From Phoronis australis (taxonomy: Eukaryota; Animalia; Phoronida): 64,000 nt of DNA. A program made the position numbers and the translations under genes. This document shows, in pieces, positions 34,964 to 48,524 of the stretch (within the stretch, counting starts at the first letter, position 1; the number at the start of each line of letters is the position of its first letter). The notes under the pieces were generated by a model, which worked only from the letters and a program-made list of their open reading frames with translations, was not told where the DNA came from and made no database searches. Location of the stretch: contig NMRA01000248.1 of NCBI GenBank assembly GCA_002633005.1, positions 325,846 through 389,845 on the forward strand, given 5' to 3'.

Positions 34964-35691
34964 CCGCCATGAAATGGAAAAGTGATTCATTATCTGATGC
35001 CTACCTCACCTTCATCTCACTTACTTGTCCAGACCTCAAGATCTTCTCCATCCAACATGGCAACCTTAAGAACACAACTGGACCAAACCTTCCAAGCAGT
35101 TTGGAGACGCTGCATCTGACATATTGCTTCATTCCAGTGGAAGATCAAAAATGGTTCCAAAAACTTGGTGACCCCTCGTGCATGCCGAAATTGAAACATT
35201 TAGATTTGAGTCTGAGCTCACAAATATCGAACAAGGAACTGCTTATTCTTAAAAATCGGACGGGTCTTAAAAGTCTCAAGTTGAATTTGTGCTACCGAAT
35301 ATCAGAGACTGGTCTGGGATATATTGCTGAAAATTTAGTCGAATTGGAAGTGCTGGAAATAGATAAGACAGCGGCATGCACAGACCTAAATTTACACCAA
35401 ATATCACGAAATCTCAAAAAGTTAAAGAGACTAATAGTGGGCGACAACAGTAAACTAACTGATAAAGGTTTAGCTGTATTGCCTCTTCTGAAACGTCTCG
35501 AAACGCTATGTATTGGAAAGTGTAAAAGCTTGCAGGAGGAAAGTTTGAGGGTCATGTCTCACGTAAAATGGATGAAGGAATTGATTGTGTGGGAAGATAT
35601 TAGCGATGGTATTGTTGACGAGTTGAAACAGTGTTTGCCAGAGTGTGTCATCACTAGGGGGATGGTATTGTGGGCGGAGCATCACGTGTAA
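34964..35691 (+). CDS. FBXL12: F-box/LRR protein (FBXL12-like), exon 3 with AMN1-type LRRs
   Basis: TTCCAG acceptor in phase; SLSDAYL..CPDLK, LPSSLETLHL, LKHLDLS, LKSLKLNLCYRISETGL, LKKLKRL..KLTDKGL. Spliced protein 326 aa. The gene symbol is tentative. Confidence 0.85.
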
Positions 35692-38370
35692 TGAGGGGGC
35701 GTGGCCAGATGGACTGGACTATACTCTGGTCCATGAATGGCTATTGTTAAAAATTGAATGTGGTGTTGGAAAATTTGATTCAAAATTATGGCGCATAAAG
35801 AAAGTGCATCAAGAGGCAAGACAATGGAGGAAGAGATAATAAAATTTAATAGCCTAATTGATTGAATGCAGACTAATTAATTAAAACAGTTTAATTTTTT
35901 ATTATGAATGGATACATATTGTTTTACTCTGCATTTTATAAGATCATTTTAAATATAATGATTAAAATTGAGGCGGATTACTCAAAGAGTAAGTTGCCAA
36001 ATAAGGGAGCGAATATTGTTTTAAAATGGGGAACACAGAGAGGATGATTCAAACATGATTTGCGTTTATCTTAATCAAATCCTTCAGCTGACCTTGTCTT
36101 AGTTCTTCCGAGAACCGACCATTCCACCAACAAATATAACGGGAGTTTAAGCTAGTGTCCATTAAAACTACAAATGAACACCACTGCCATAAACTTAATA
36201 CATTCTGCGTACAATAGAATCTGCATCCAAACTATGGTAAAAATTGGGCACAAAAATAATTGTTTAAGTTGTCCTATTTCTGTTTTTCAGAAGCTTACCA
36301 CATTGTTGCGGAAATGCTCAAAAATTTACCAAGTGTTGTTTAGTGATAGCTAAGCTATACTAACCATGCCGAAAGCAAAGTAAATTTTCCTGAAAACTTA
36401 TTTTTGTTGATAAATTTGACAAAATTAAATTTCACCTGTCTGCCGTACTGAGTCTCAAAGACAAGATTTTTTTACTGAATGATAATAAAATAATAATAAA
36501 ATAAAAAAATATGGGAATCCTTCCCGGTGAGTTTACGGAGACATTTTTGATTATTTGGCAGATCAGACATAGAATACTGGGCGTGTTAACATTTACAAAA
36601 CTTAAATTGCAAGGTTTTCAAATTTGAAAACTCAACAAGTGTAGTTTTCAATGGACTTAAATGTTACTATGGCTATTAAATTGATAATTAAATTTACACG
36701 GCCGTATATTCATCATCGATACAAACAAAAATCCCCACACTCAGTCATTGATGAAGTCCAACCTGAATGAACCATTGAACAATTTTAATTATTGACAACA
36801 AATACAATGTAACCATTAATAGCATAGTAATAAATTTAAATTACTTCATTTAAAAGGTATATTGAGCACTAGTTCACTAGGGGCAGCTCCATTCAATAGA
36901 TTGAAAACGAGAAGTGTTGCCTTCTCATTTCATCATTTGGTGATTGTCACAAAATGTTTGACACTTGACATTGTCGGAAATGGGGAGTCCCATGGTAATG
37001 GTCATGTTACTTGCTCATTGCTCACTATACCTTTTAACAAATCAGTAAAATACCTTTACAAGTTGTACAATAAAAACACAATTAGTAAAAATTAGACAAA
37101 AACAACAAAGCCAAAGCTTATATAACAGAACTGCATGTAGCATTGTTTCTTAACAAGGAACCACTGGATCCAAGATATATTGCACATCTGTTGTAACAAA
37201 GATTCTGAAGGTCTTTTTTAAAAAAGCACTTCAATTTTCATTATATCTTCCGAAAACCGGCACTATTACTGCACCTGGGTCAAAAATGTTTGAAGCAATT
37301 CACCAATTTTCAGATCTTTCCTCACCAACAGAAATTGTGAAAGGACTGCCAGGGACGCTCAAAATAGATAAACAATCACTATCAATATAGGCACAGACCC
37401 ATAAACCTACATCCTAAACAGTGTGTTTTTTCAAAGAAATCTCATTTGCTCCAGTTTTACCCAAGTGTCTCATATACACGTACTTGCATCTAAATCCAGA
37501 TATAAGCATCTAAAGTAGGCATAAATTAGCATATATAATTGATTTTTCTGAAAACAAGGCCTTTTGTGAAAATATAGTAGACTCAAGTCCATAAAGAATG
37601 AAAATGGGAAAACAAGCACCTTGATTCCTCAGGCAACTCTCATGCAAACCTTCACGATAATGTGTGAAATTGCATGTCGTTAGCCGAACAAACACTTGCA
37701 GTTTCCTCAGAATCTTTGACCATTCGGAGTAAGTCAGCTGGTAAATCTGGACAGTCTACCACGGTATGTTACCACTAAATTACATTATGACATAGGCTAG
37801 TAAATTACATTTAACATTTAAAATAACATTTATAAACATGATCAAACATTATGAGTGTAAACATATAAAATGAGATTCCATCAAGCATGAGATCTATACC
37901 GGTTCTTATCAACATCAAAACCTCAAAATAACTTATAAACTCTTTAATAGTATAAATTCTGATTGCAATGGTGAACCTAAGCTATGATAAAACCACAGCA
38001 TACTGTCTTTTTAATCTCCCTTTTATAGAGAAGCTTTTCAGCTCATTCTTTGGTATATTAAATCATTTCAAAATGTAACTCCTCAATAGTGCCTCTGGTG
38101 CAGAGTTCGTTAAAAACGATACAACATTCGTGTCAGAAAAGGTTGATTTGGACTTAACATGACGATAAAAGGCTTCAAACACTTAATTTCTAAACAACAT
38201 AACTTGGGCAAATATGAGATTCCATTTGACTAGTAAAACAAAGAATGTCAAACTTGAAACGCACACGTAATGCAATTCAATGACTTTTTGGTAACGCTGA
38301 CTAAGCTTTTTAAGAACTTAGGACACATATGGTAGAATGTGTGCACATCATTATTTTCAGAAATAGCTCA

Positions 38371-38460
38371 TCAGACAGAAAACAAGTTAATGAAATCCTG
38401 GGGGGTCACCATTGTTGGAGCGTTTTCTCTGCAGGGTGCAGCACATGGATGCCCAAGGTA
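38371..38460 (-). CDS. FBXO32: FBXO32/FBXO25 (atrogin-1-like), exon 8
   Basis: YLGHPCAAPCRENAPTMVTPQDFINLFSV*, matching the atrogin C-terminus SPQDFINLFKF. Confidence 0.9.
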   Translation of the reverse strand, partial: YLGHPCAAPCRENAPTMVTPQDFINLFSV

Positions 38461-38658
38461 CTGAAACAAAAACCAGAAAAATACTCAACGCCAACCAAAG
38501 TAACTTTTGTCAACTGTCTTGAGAAATAATTAGCTTCCAGTCTATTTGATATCTGGTCGGTGATCCATTTTTCTCCTTTTAACAAGTAATGTGTGTAACT
38601 GTTTTTAATTATTCACCTGTAATTGGGCTTTGTCTATGTATCAGTCACTGTTTCAAAA

Positions 38659-39135
38659 GGGCCTTTCATACTAACGTCGACGCGTCGATGGTTTGGGTAG
38701 GTCCTGGATTGCAATTGACAGCTCTAGTTAACATCGCAGTTAACAGGTGGATTTAATAGTGCAGCGTCGACGCTGCGGTGCAGTATGAACGCTTAACTTC
38801 AATCCAATCGAAGTTATCGCCAGGTGCCACTGTTATCGTCAACAGTTGCAAGGTAGTGCCGTCACTAATAGGTGCTTCTATTTTGCTCTAATAATAACCA
38901 ATCGATTTCAAAATAAGTTCAATGTCACTTAGCACATGTAAATGTTTCCAAATTGAAACATTGAAACAAATGTTAGCTTGCAATGCTACCTTGCGATAAC
39001 TTCGATGACGACAGCGGCACCAACCGCTTACTTCGATGTTCATCAACTACCGATGCCAGTATGAACGGTCCAGTTAATTGCGCTGTTTACGTCGAGGCTC
39101 CGCTCAGACCGGAGTTAAGTCAGTATGAAAGGGCC
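38659..39135. mobile_element. PIF/Harbinger-type MITE in intron 7
   Basis: TIRs GGGCCTTTCATACT / AGTATGAAAGGGCC with AAA/TAA flanks; internal CAGTATGAAC and GTCGAC subrepeats. Confidence 0.7.
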
Positions 39136-39331
39136 TAATGACTCAGAAATATAGAGTTGTCAGTGACCTCCGAAATGAGTTTTCAGTTTGAGAATATTGT
39201 GCTTATTGGTTTGGTCCCTTTAACAGTTTTAATGATTAAGCAATTTTCACGATTAAAACTGAATTAAAATGAAAAATGTTGATACGTGATCAGAGATTCA
39301 TTATTACACAGGCTAGAATAAAACATCTTAC

Positions 39332-39404
39332 CTTCCAGAAAAGACAAGAGCAGTAGTCGCACAGGAAGATGGAATCTACGTAGTCTTCCTTTCGGCCATG
39401 TTGT
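39332..39404 (-). CDS. FBXO32: FBXO32/25-like, exon 7
   Basis: QHGRKEDYVDSIFLCDYCSCLFWK, with canonical AG/GT boundaries in phase. Confidence 0.9.
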
Positions 39405-40834
39405 CTGATAGAACACAAAGTTGACCAAGTTAATTCAGTGGCAGATCTTGAGGGGAGAATTCATTTTGGAGGCAATTAAGTGACTTGGAAAGTGTTCATT
39501 AAGTGGACACTGAGATTTTGAAACAGTATAATGAGTAAAGGAAATAGCCTTCGGATAGAAATATATTCAAAACATGTGGGTCCCTTATCATACAAAAGAC
39601 CAGGACAGTGAACTGTTTTCAATTTGGTCAGATGCAAAACAGCCTAGTGAATATCAAGTCAAACGTCACAGAACAATTAAAATAATGACCCTATGCTTGT
39701 GTAGCCCACTCCTCACCAGTCGAGAGCTGGCAAGAATCAATTCTACCACTGTGAAGTTGTCAGGCTTTGTCTAATATTGAGCCTGAAATTTGATTAGGTA
39801 ACTTGAACGTGGGATATACCGGTGTAATGGTTATAACTTATTTATGAATCACATATTTCCATGTTTAGTGAAAATACCGGGTATGTAATGGGAGTAGATG
39901 AGGCAATTTGGACCACCCCAGATAAGAAAAGACATGCTGTCACACCGAGTCCTAACCTTATAAAGACGTCAAAATGACGTCATGCCATTTTGACGTCATG
40001 GTTAACTATCCCATAGTTACATGATTGAGTTAGAGTGAGGTGGAAAGAATGCAGAAGAGACCAGAAGAACACGTCTAAATAATTTGAAAATTCGTTTGGC
40101 AATTCATCACTTATTTTGCACACGCTGGCATGGCCAACAGGAGAAGTTTGTCAAAATTTCTTCACAAAAATAAGGATTAGACAAATTTATTCTTTTGATA
40201 GCATGGTTTGTATTGTAGTTGCCATAAAACAACTTTTGGGAAAATTTCCATAATTTTCAGTAAAGCACTCAGCCTTAGCAAAATGGAAAAACAACAATTT
40301 TGACAATTATTTTTGTGCAAAAGAAGTGGAGAATTATTGCAACCGAATAGAAAACAAATGACAATTATAAGGGATTCTGAAATTTTTTCAAATTAAAATA
40401 TCTTTTGTCAACTAAAACATGGAATTAATAGATGTACCCAAGCATTCTATTATTTCCAGGTTTTCTGTCGATAAAGGATATTTATATTAAAAAATTTCAG
40501 AATTCCTTGTAACCCATTTTATGAGTGAGAGTATCTAACTGTGATCATGATTGATCTATATTTCCTCATTTAGTCGCAGATTTATCATTTAATTTAAAAT
40601 AAGCATTTAGGAAATTTTCACTGTCCAACGAGAAATTTTTGAAAACTCTTTATCATAACCATATATCAATAAAGCATAAAAATATTTCCAGGTGATCAGT
40701 GCAATGGGCCAACATGCGAGGCCTGCGCACGTCTGATACAACGTGTATCAGACCGCCTGCAATTATTTTTTTTATATCATGAACAAGAGATGGTATCAAA
40801 GTGAACAAAAACATTATAAGTATCTAAAGCATAC

Positions 40835-41139
40835 CTGAACAAGTTTCTATAAATAATTTTCCAGTCATCCTCAACCAATGAACTTTCTTCACTGTTGCTG
40901 TTGTCATGGTTGCTGTCAACCGTTTTCCTTTTCACGAGTCTTTTTATCTCGTGCTCAATCTGAGCATTGTTGAAGTGATAATAACACATCTTGCGCCACA
41001 GAGGTTTGTCCAACACCAGGGGGAGCAGTTCTTTAGTTGCCATTCCAATTCGGATGATGTCGGAATGATCAGACAAACAATTGATAATGTGGCGTAACAC
41101 TTCCACTGGAAGGTCATTCAAGGTCACCCCATTGCCATT
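40835..41139 (-). CDS. FBXO32: FBXO32/25-like, exon 6 (F-box)
   Basis: NGNGVTLNDLPVEVLRHIINCLSDHSDIIRIG...DKPLWRKMCYYHF...DWKIIYRNLFR. Confidence 0.92.
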
Positions 41140-42116
41140 CTACAAAAGAACGCATTTTCATGGTAAAAATGAACACGATTCAACAAGACTTGCTCCTCTG
41201 TGTCACTAATTTCGACTCTGTTGACAACACAACAGTCGTCTTAGCTATTGATGTGTAGATGAGAGAGTCGGCAGTGTTAAACATGTGCAGATGAGAGAGT
41301 CAGCAGTGTTAAACATGTGCTGGGGTCTCAGTGTGTATTTGGAATCAATTGTGACAAGCAGCTGTACAGTTCTGGTGTATTCTTTTTCTTCATCCCAGCC
41401 AGGGCATGACACGAACAAATCAACAAATTTTTCTCCAAGCCTTTTTGTAAAGCTTCCTCTAACACCAAGAAGAGGTGCATTGCATAAAAGCATAAGAATC
41501 TCGCCAAAAAGCAAGAGAACGCAATGCCACACGAGTGAAAGAAGGCGAGTACGCTCTGGTGTTTTCTAATGTACCCAGCAACATGGGGCTACTGAAGTGA
41601 TTGGTCGGTGAGGTTAGAATGTTGAATTATGGGACAAGTCGCTGTTTTTGTTCCATACGTGAAAATTTCTTGCTCCAAGTGTTTTGCAAGAGCCATGCAT
41701 GGTGTATGGAACTCAGCCACAATATCGAAACCAAATATACTTCCATCTTTGAAACAAAATAAAACTTTTGAACCCTTGACAACCTGCAGAGTTGAGAGTG
41801 AGTGAATGGCAACCTGAATAGGACCGTAATGCCAAATCAGCGAATATTACTTAACTTTTGCGCAAGCTAGTTGTAAATTGGAGTTAATAAAAAATCACAT
41901 ATTGAGAGACTGATTGGTTGAAGGCAGACGTTATTCACATCAAACCGCAGAACATCTTTTTGTGGCTCAAAGTGAACTTTAGCAGCAATAATTACATTTC
42001 GTTGATAAAAAAAATTATTGTGCAATAGCAGGTTCAGAATCAGTGGGTAAAATATCCAAAGTTGGGTTTACTATATCCTTCTAAAATGAGCGCACTTCAA
42101 TAGACAGAGGTCTTAC

Positions 42117-42286
42117 TGAGTCGATTTGTATGGTGTTGAGTTTGTCTTGCATCCGCGTGACCGTTTCCATGTGAGACAGCCACAACTGTTGACTGCCTAA
42201 GTGGTCGTATGTGTGGTCTTCAAGGGCAGCTTTCAGGCAGTCTAGCAACTTCTGCATTTGGAGAGGCTTCAGCTGAGTCTTGACAA
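42117..42286 (-). CDS. FBXO32: FBXO32/25-like, exon 5
   Basis: VKTQLKPLQMQKLLDCLKAALEDHTYDHLGSQQLWLSHMETVTRMQDKLNTIQIDS; phases consistent. Confidence 0.88.
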
Positions 42287-43977
42287 CTGTGTAATAAAAA
42301 ATGAAGTCACTATTTTATTAATTTCCTAACAAAAAATTGTGAAACATTCAACCATTTTGAATCACCATTCTTGATCGTTATTATGTCAGACCCAAACTGA
42401 TGGTCCACTATATGACTAAACACGTTTCATGCTTTAAATCCACAGTAAATTGAAAATACTACCAAAAATTTTCAGCTTCTCCGTGGACAGTTTCCATGGC
42501 TACGTAGCCACAGGACATCACACTGATGAAGGCGTCGGACATAATATCTGAGATGCTGAAAATTTCTGATTATTTTTTTTTTCAATTTATCTGTCTATTC
42601 AAAACATGGAATGTACTTGTGTTCAAACTGAATGCTATTCTTCTGTTACTGGAATAACAGCATGTATGACGGCAGTATTTCCTGGAAAAATAAACCTATT
42701 AAGAAAAAATGCAAAGTTGTCAATAACATAAAGAATAAATGAGCAAGTGTCCCTTTCCTGAGTAAAAATAGCATACCTGTTGCTATTGCAGTATTGATCA
42801 TATCTTACAAACCTACAACAGTACATTGTGTTAAACTGCAGGTAACCATAGTAACTTCTCTTATTCTATAATGAAATTCAGTATCCATAACACGATCAAT
42901 CTTATTATTATAATTATTTTTTAATATTTGCACACTCGCATTATGGTCCTATTCAGGTTGTCATTCACTCACTCGTCTGCATCTTTCCAGTTCCATAGCA
43001 AGGTCAAGGGTGTAGGAGACAAATTAAAGGTTAAACCTTCAAAGAAAAAATTATTTTAACAATACTTTGTTTCCCCCTAAATGGCTGCCGCAAGCAAAAT
43101 GAAACAGCAAGAGCGTGAAGCATAACCAAACATTAAGTTCAGGGGGTCTCCTCAGACGGCGGAATCATGGTGCCATTTTATTTTTAGTCCACTGACAGAT
43201 TTTGTGAATGGAAGGTCCACATCCCCGGGCCCCTGCAACTTTCAGCCGCCTGTCCACATACTATCGCACTTTGCCCAATTGCCAATGCAACATGTTGGGC
43301 CCCCCTTATGGTATCTTAGATTTGCCACTGGTTTCTTATAACTCTCGATTTTGAATATTATTTATACACTTTACAGTACCTCTTGGTCCTGCCCAAGATT
43401 GCTACAGTAGTTTTTAGAATAAACTAGACAGACTTCGACCAAATTCTTTCACACTGATAAGTGTTGACAAATTTTTTGGCTGTACTTATTTGGCAATTAA
43501 GTAAAATATTAGTCGCAATAAGCATTTTTGTTGAACTCAAGTCACACGTACATGAAATTGGGTCATTATTCCTACTTGCATAAATTCTCCATCATGTTTC
43601 AAAACGAGGTGTTGTGTCCAAACTACAATGGTTCTGCGCTTTCCCATTAGGAGGCATTACGTCCTGAAGAGCAATGTACGAGTGCCACCTTACTTAAAAG
43701 CGCCAATACCAAATAGTGCCTAACCACTGATGGCTTATTTGTACATGAATCTTTCAAGGCAAGTTGTTGCAATTTTGACAAAATGCATAGACCTATAGTT
43801 GTTGACATTTTACAAAAACGTTTTCCAATAAATGGATATTTAGTCATGGTTTTGTGCACAGGAACTTTGTTAAAATTTAACGCTGTCCTGAATACTTCGA
43901 AAACTAAAAAACATGGATTAGTCATGAAAATAAGTTTTGGCAGCCAAGAAAAGGCAGACTGGCTAGATTAAAATTAC

Positions 43978-44071
43978 CTTGATTCAATAACTGTTCAAGA
44001 ATGCAGAACAGCTGTCTTTGTGCATCACCACTCATGTAAGACATCTTCTTTTTTACCAAAAGTTGCAGCAG
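43978..44071 (-). CDS. FBXO32: FBXO32/25-like, exon 4
   Basis: LLQLLVKKKMSYMSGDAQRQLFCILEQLLNQ (compare [27 protein letters not shown]). Confidence 0.9.
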
Positions 44072-44766
44072 CTGAAACAGGAATTTTTTTATTAATTTTT
44101 GTTCATGGCATAGAGTATTAGGCTGCTTAATGTCCAGAGCACTAAATACGAAAAATTTAAAAAGAAATGGGTTTCCCATTAAAGATATATTTTGCATGCT
44201 CATTACTATGCTAATATATAACAGGAACTAAACAACGATGCTATTTTAACAGACTCTACGGTTACAAAGTGCAGTTGTATTCACTGACAATTTGCCAAAA
44301 TGTGAAAACAAAAAAAAATTCGGCAAATAGGTGACCTTTGCACTAATGACATAATTTGGGGACTCACATAGCCCGCACTGATCATGCAGTGTCATTCCGC
44401 AACACCATGTCATGATACTTACTGGACACAGTTCAATGATTTGCGGAAAAAGATTTTCACCACAAAACTTGTTATTAAAAACTACTTCATATTCAGGTTG
44501 TTGCTACATGTTGTGTTTGGAACTAATTTGGCCAAAGAAACAGAAATAATTAGCCTGAAATTTCTACTTTAAGTAAAGTTTAAGCGATGGTGGTCGTTCA
44601 AAAATGAAATTTCAATCACGCTTTACCCTGTAATGCCACTACTCGGTGTATATTGTCAATGATGACGAAGGTGAAAGTTATAAGTCAGGTATGCATAATC
44701 TTCATATGTGTAGTAATTAATAATTTGCTAATTGTCTTTTCTGAGAAGGTACATATTTCTCTTTAC

Positions 44767-44859
44767 CTTCCAGACATAATCTTGTCTTCTTCTGTCCTTG
44801 ACCCCACCAATGATGTCCAGTTTATTCAAACCATCGCACAATGTGGGGCTTATGTTGTT
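44767..44859 (-). CDS. FBXO32: FBXO32/25-like, exon 3
   Basis: NNISPTLCDGLNKLDIIGGVKDRRRQDYVWK (compare [26 protein letters not shown]). Confidence 0.88.
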
Positions 44860-46223
44860 CTGTAATTTGTGTGAGCTCATCAACAAAAATGTGATACTTT
44901 AATTAATCAAACACGGCTGCATTCTACAGACACAAGAACCTTGTTAAAATGCAAGATCATGCAAGACTTCACGACATATCATCCTGGATTACAGGCAAAG
45001 CACGTGATCAAACAAGCTTTAAAAACTCAAATTCTTGAGTCCACAGGACACAGCCTAGGTTGGGGGAAATTAACCCAATCAGGCAAGTAAAAGACATAGC
45101 ACACTGAGGCAGTTAGGTAACACTTCATGATTTTGGAGATTAGTCAGCATCACTGTTTGAATAATTATCAAATAACAAAAAATGCCACTAATTGTCTTCA
45201 CCTAGATTAAAATGTACAGCAGCCTGACGCAGTCAGACATTACCATTTGCAGGTCAGCCATTTTCTGGACCGAATCCTAATCCCAAACTGCATTAAGTTG
45301 TTACTATATGAAAAGTATGCCAAGACTTGGCACCACACAATCTGACTCACCAATATTCTCTTTTAGACAACAAATGGGAACAGACAACTCACGTGAACAT
45401 TAAATACCTTTATACAGAAAACACATGCCTTGAAAATCTGCCAGAAATATTCCATTAAGTTAAAAAGATGCACCACCATTGTTGGACAATTGCCATATGG
45501 TGAATAACAAGTCTGGTGGCATGTGATACCCGTCTGTACTGCAGATGACCCATAGCACTATCTCTATCTCTTATTTCTAGACAGCAGAATTGGATTTCTC
45601 TTCATATCATGCAGCACATTGCAAGTTATATGAGAAATCAATTAGATTTTTTACTGGCAACAACATAGTTCCTGGCTCTTTCTTTACATTTTCAGGCAAG
45701 CCCTGTAAGAACTCCACAAAGCATCGCCGTGACTACGAAGTATGATACAGCGCTGTAGTTTAATGAAATGCATTGTAATTCCCAGAATCAAGCAGCTTAA
45801 ATTCAGCTTTCAAGTGTTTTTAATCATGCAAAATCATATTTGGAGCAAGGAATTTGTGAATTACAACTCATTAAAAGATCACATTTCACATTGCAATAAA
45901 AATTGACCATTTTATTAACAAGATATAAGTAAATGCATGCTCACACTGAGCCTAAAATGGGGAGAGGTGCTCGAATTTGTGAGAATGTGGACCTTTTACT
46001 TAATATTCACAGGGTATGTTCAGAGCTATGAATTGTGCATTTGCCGAATTTTGGTAGTTCCTGCCTTTTTAGTGGAATTTTGTCTCGTTTTCTACATTTG
46101 GAGTTTTTGTTTCTCTGAGGCAGATGCTTTTGCCCACTTTGCCAAATGGGGGGTGCCCGGGTGCCCGCATGAAATCAATGGATGTGTACATATAAAAAAA
46201 AAACAAAAAAACAGCAGGCCTAC

Positions 46224-46311
46224 CTCATGTGTCCTTCTGGAGGGTACAAAGATGTACGGCTGGTAGATCGTACTTATCTCCAGGTATTGGCCATCCACCA
46301 TGGCCAGCAAT
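46224..46311 (-). CDS. FBXO32: FBXO32/25-like, exon 2
   Basis: LLAMVDGQYLEISTIYQPYIFVPSRRTHE, bounded by TACAG and GTAGG; phases fit exons 1 and 3. Confidence 0.8.
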
Positions 46312-46884
46312 CTGTATAATGTAAATAGATCTATATTCTCCAACGTAATTTTTGTAAGAAAACCACAGACTGAAAAGCAGTGAAAATCAACATGTTCGAT
46401 TCGCACCAGCGTTCAAAATACACGCTGGCCTGGGCCCAGTGAATTTGTGGCTTCGCAGAAGGGCCAGTACCATCGAGACTAACTCAGGGCCTGGCGGGCC
46501 AGCTCATTTATTTCCTGAAGTTCAAACACTGGTTTGCAGTGTATTTTTGGAGGGATATCGTGTACTTGGCAAGGCACAAAAACATCACACAATTTCTATT
46601 TCGTCTCTTCTTAGCTTACTACTAAATGTGTTTCTGGACAGGACATAGTATTTTTCAAGAATCTGGATAGGTGCCAAATGGTTGACAGGATATTACGCTT
46701 AACGAAGAAAAGGATCCATTCATGGAGACAGACTCTTAGAATAATTTTGAAAATTCAGATACAGTTATTGCTGTAAATATCACAACAGAGACCACGAAAA
46801 AAAAACAGAGACAGAATCATTAAAGGCAGCGACTGAGGCGCACACGCAGCTATCGGATCAGCTGATTACGAAACAAAAACAAAC

Positions 46885-47012
46885 CTGGACACGACACTTT
46901 CGTTCAAATTCTCGAGGAATCTAGATCTCCAAATCTTCATTTTCTGCCATCCTTCATCTGTTCTGATCCATCGTTCACCTGGTGACCGCCAATCTTGTCC
47001 AAGAAACGGCAT
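46885..47012 (-). CDS. FBXO32: FBXO32/25-like, exon 1
   Basis: [22 protein letters not shown], the diagnostic FBXO32/FBXO25 N-terminus. Spliced protein 346 aa. Confidence 0.95.
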
Positions 47013-47520
47013 TTTCTTTCTAGATCTCGTTTGTTATTGTTTCGTTCGCAAGCTCGTGTATTTATTTACATCGCTGAGTTCATCCTTACGGACTCACGAT
47101 GTCATTCCCTTCTAATTGGCCAAGCAAGGTGCCCGCTAATATATGTCCGACTGTTTCCGTCAAAAGCCGTGACCCACTTTCAGGCCGCGCTTGGGGGAGA
47201 AGTTTCGAAGTTTCAAACTTCGTGAGAAATCTGACATTTTGTTGTGAATAAGCTCGTTGCCGTTAAATTTAGTTACTAGAGGACGTGTTATTCATATTTA
47301 CAATCTTAGTTTTATGTACGCTTTGATTGAGTTTTTGATAAAAATTTGAGAAAACCAAAGTGTTCTCTAAAACTTGGTACACTGTTTGCATTCAATGAAC
47401 CGTGTTGACGTTGAAGATTAACGAGAAACAGCTGACAAAGGGATACACTACTGCTTTTGTTGAGCGTCTGTTGGTGGCAAGTTGTTGGATCCGGATGCTA
47501 TCGGAATATAGGTGAGCAGT
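47013..47520. promoter_or_regulatory. Probable bidirectional promoter plus non-coding first exon of the FREM-like gene
   Basis: CpG-rich stretch between divergent genes; ATTGG/CCAAT-like box at ~47115; plus-strand donor AG|GTGAGC at ~47511 that could splice to the 48226 acceptor. Confidence 0.45.
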
Positions 47521-48233
47521 TTGTAAAATATTGACTGGCTTTTTAAAATTAATGTTTACGCTTAGCCTTGGTCGTAGCTTAGCTTCGGTACTAGGCAATG
47601 ACCATCGCCTCTGTTGGCCCGGGCCAACAGAGGCGATGGTCATTGGAATGGGACATTGCCTACTTCGGTACATGAGTGTGAGTTCTTCATGCTATTTGTA
47701 AGGTTTAATTAATTTCCTTTTTAGTGAGGTAGGGGGACCAAATCAACACCCCTTCTTGGCCGGACCTGTTTTACCTGGGCCCGGCCCCCACGGGCAGTCA
47801 CCACCCACTTTGACCATGTAGCTGTAACAATTTGGTTGAAAGATTACCCGGTCCTCACCATTCAGCTAAAGACCAGTTGGTTCGTGGTTCCGTTCTTGGA
47901 TTGGTATTCCTGGAGTGGTTTATATGCTACATAGGGGCCCCAAGTTTTACCCCCTCCACTTCAGGTCGACACCGAATGGGCTTGTTTATTATTCCCGAGT
48001 GAATATACTACTTATGTTATTTACCTCCTGCCCTGATGCCCTGACATTGAAAGGCCATGTTACCCACTTGCGAGAACAAAACTAGGGAACTGAGAGAAGA
48101 AAAGATTATAATGCCGCCTCATTATAGCAACCTACCGTATGGGAGTGTCCCCTCGGGTGAATGGGAGTGTCCCCCCCGGGTCACAGTATTAGCAGCATGA
48201 ACTGCAGACCAACTTTTGTTTACAGATCTTCTC

Positions 48234-48455
48234 ATGATGGTTGGCGTCCAGTTGGTGGCCTTTTTGATTTGGTCAGTTGGTCAGTCCACTGGCCAGTTGG
48301 TCAAGAATGCGGAGACCATTAGTGTGGACATTGGCCGTTCTGTCTTCCTCAGTCCCACTGCACTACAATTCAATGTTCCTCGAGGGCGAGATAACTGTCG
48401 TGTGGAGGTGGTCGCTGATCCCGTGACTCAGCGTGTGGGAAGCTTAGAACCTAAG
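48234..48455 (+). CDS. FREM1: FREM1/FRAS1-related ECM protein, first coding exon
   Basis: Acceptor TTTACAG at 48225; signal peptide MMVGVQLVAFLIWSVGQSTG, then ISVDIGRSVFLSPTALQF...CRVEVVADPVTQRVGSLEPK|GTAAG (FREM N-terminal domain). Confidence 0.85.
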
Positions 48456-48524
48456 GTAAGTTGCATATTGGTACTGTAGATAGCAGACAAAGGGTGATAG
48501 GAGAGCATATGTCCTTTTCCATTC

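Noticed and set aside
42515-42575. Hammerhead-like CTGATGA...GAAA in FBXO32 intron 4
   Set aside because: The GATGCTGAAAATTT half is the arm of a larger inverted repeat (mirror at ~42465-42481), so it is more likely a MITE centre. Stem I is weak and there is no PLE context.
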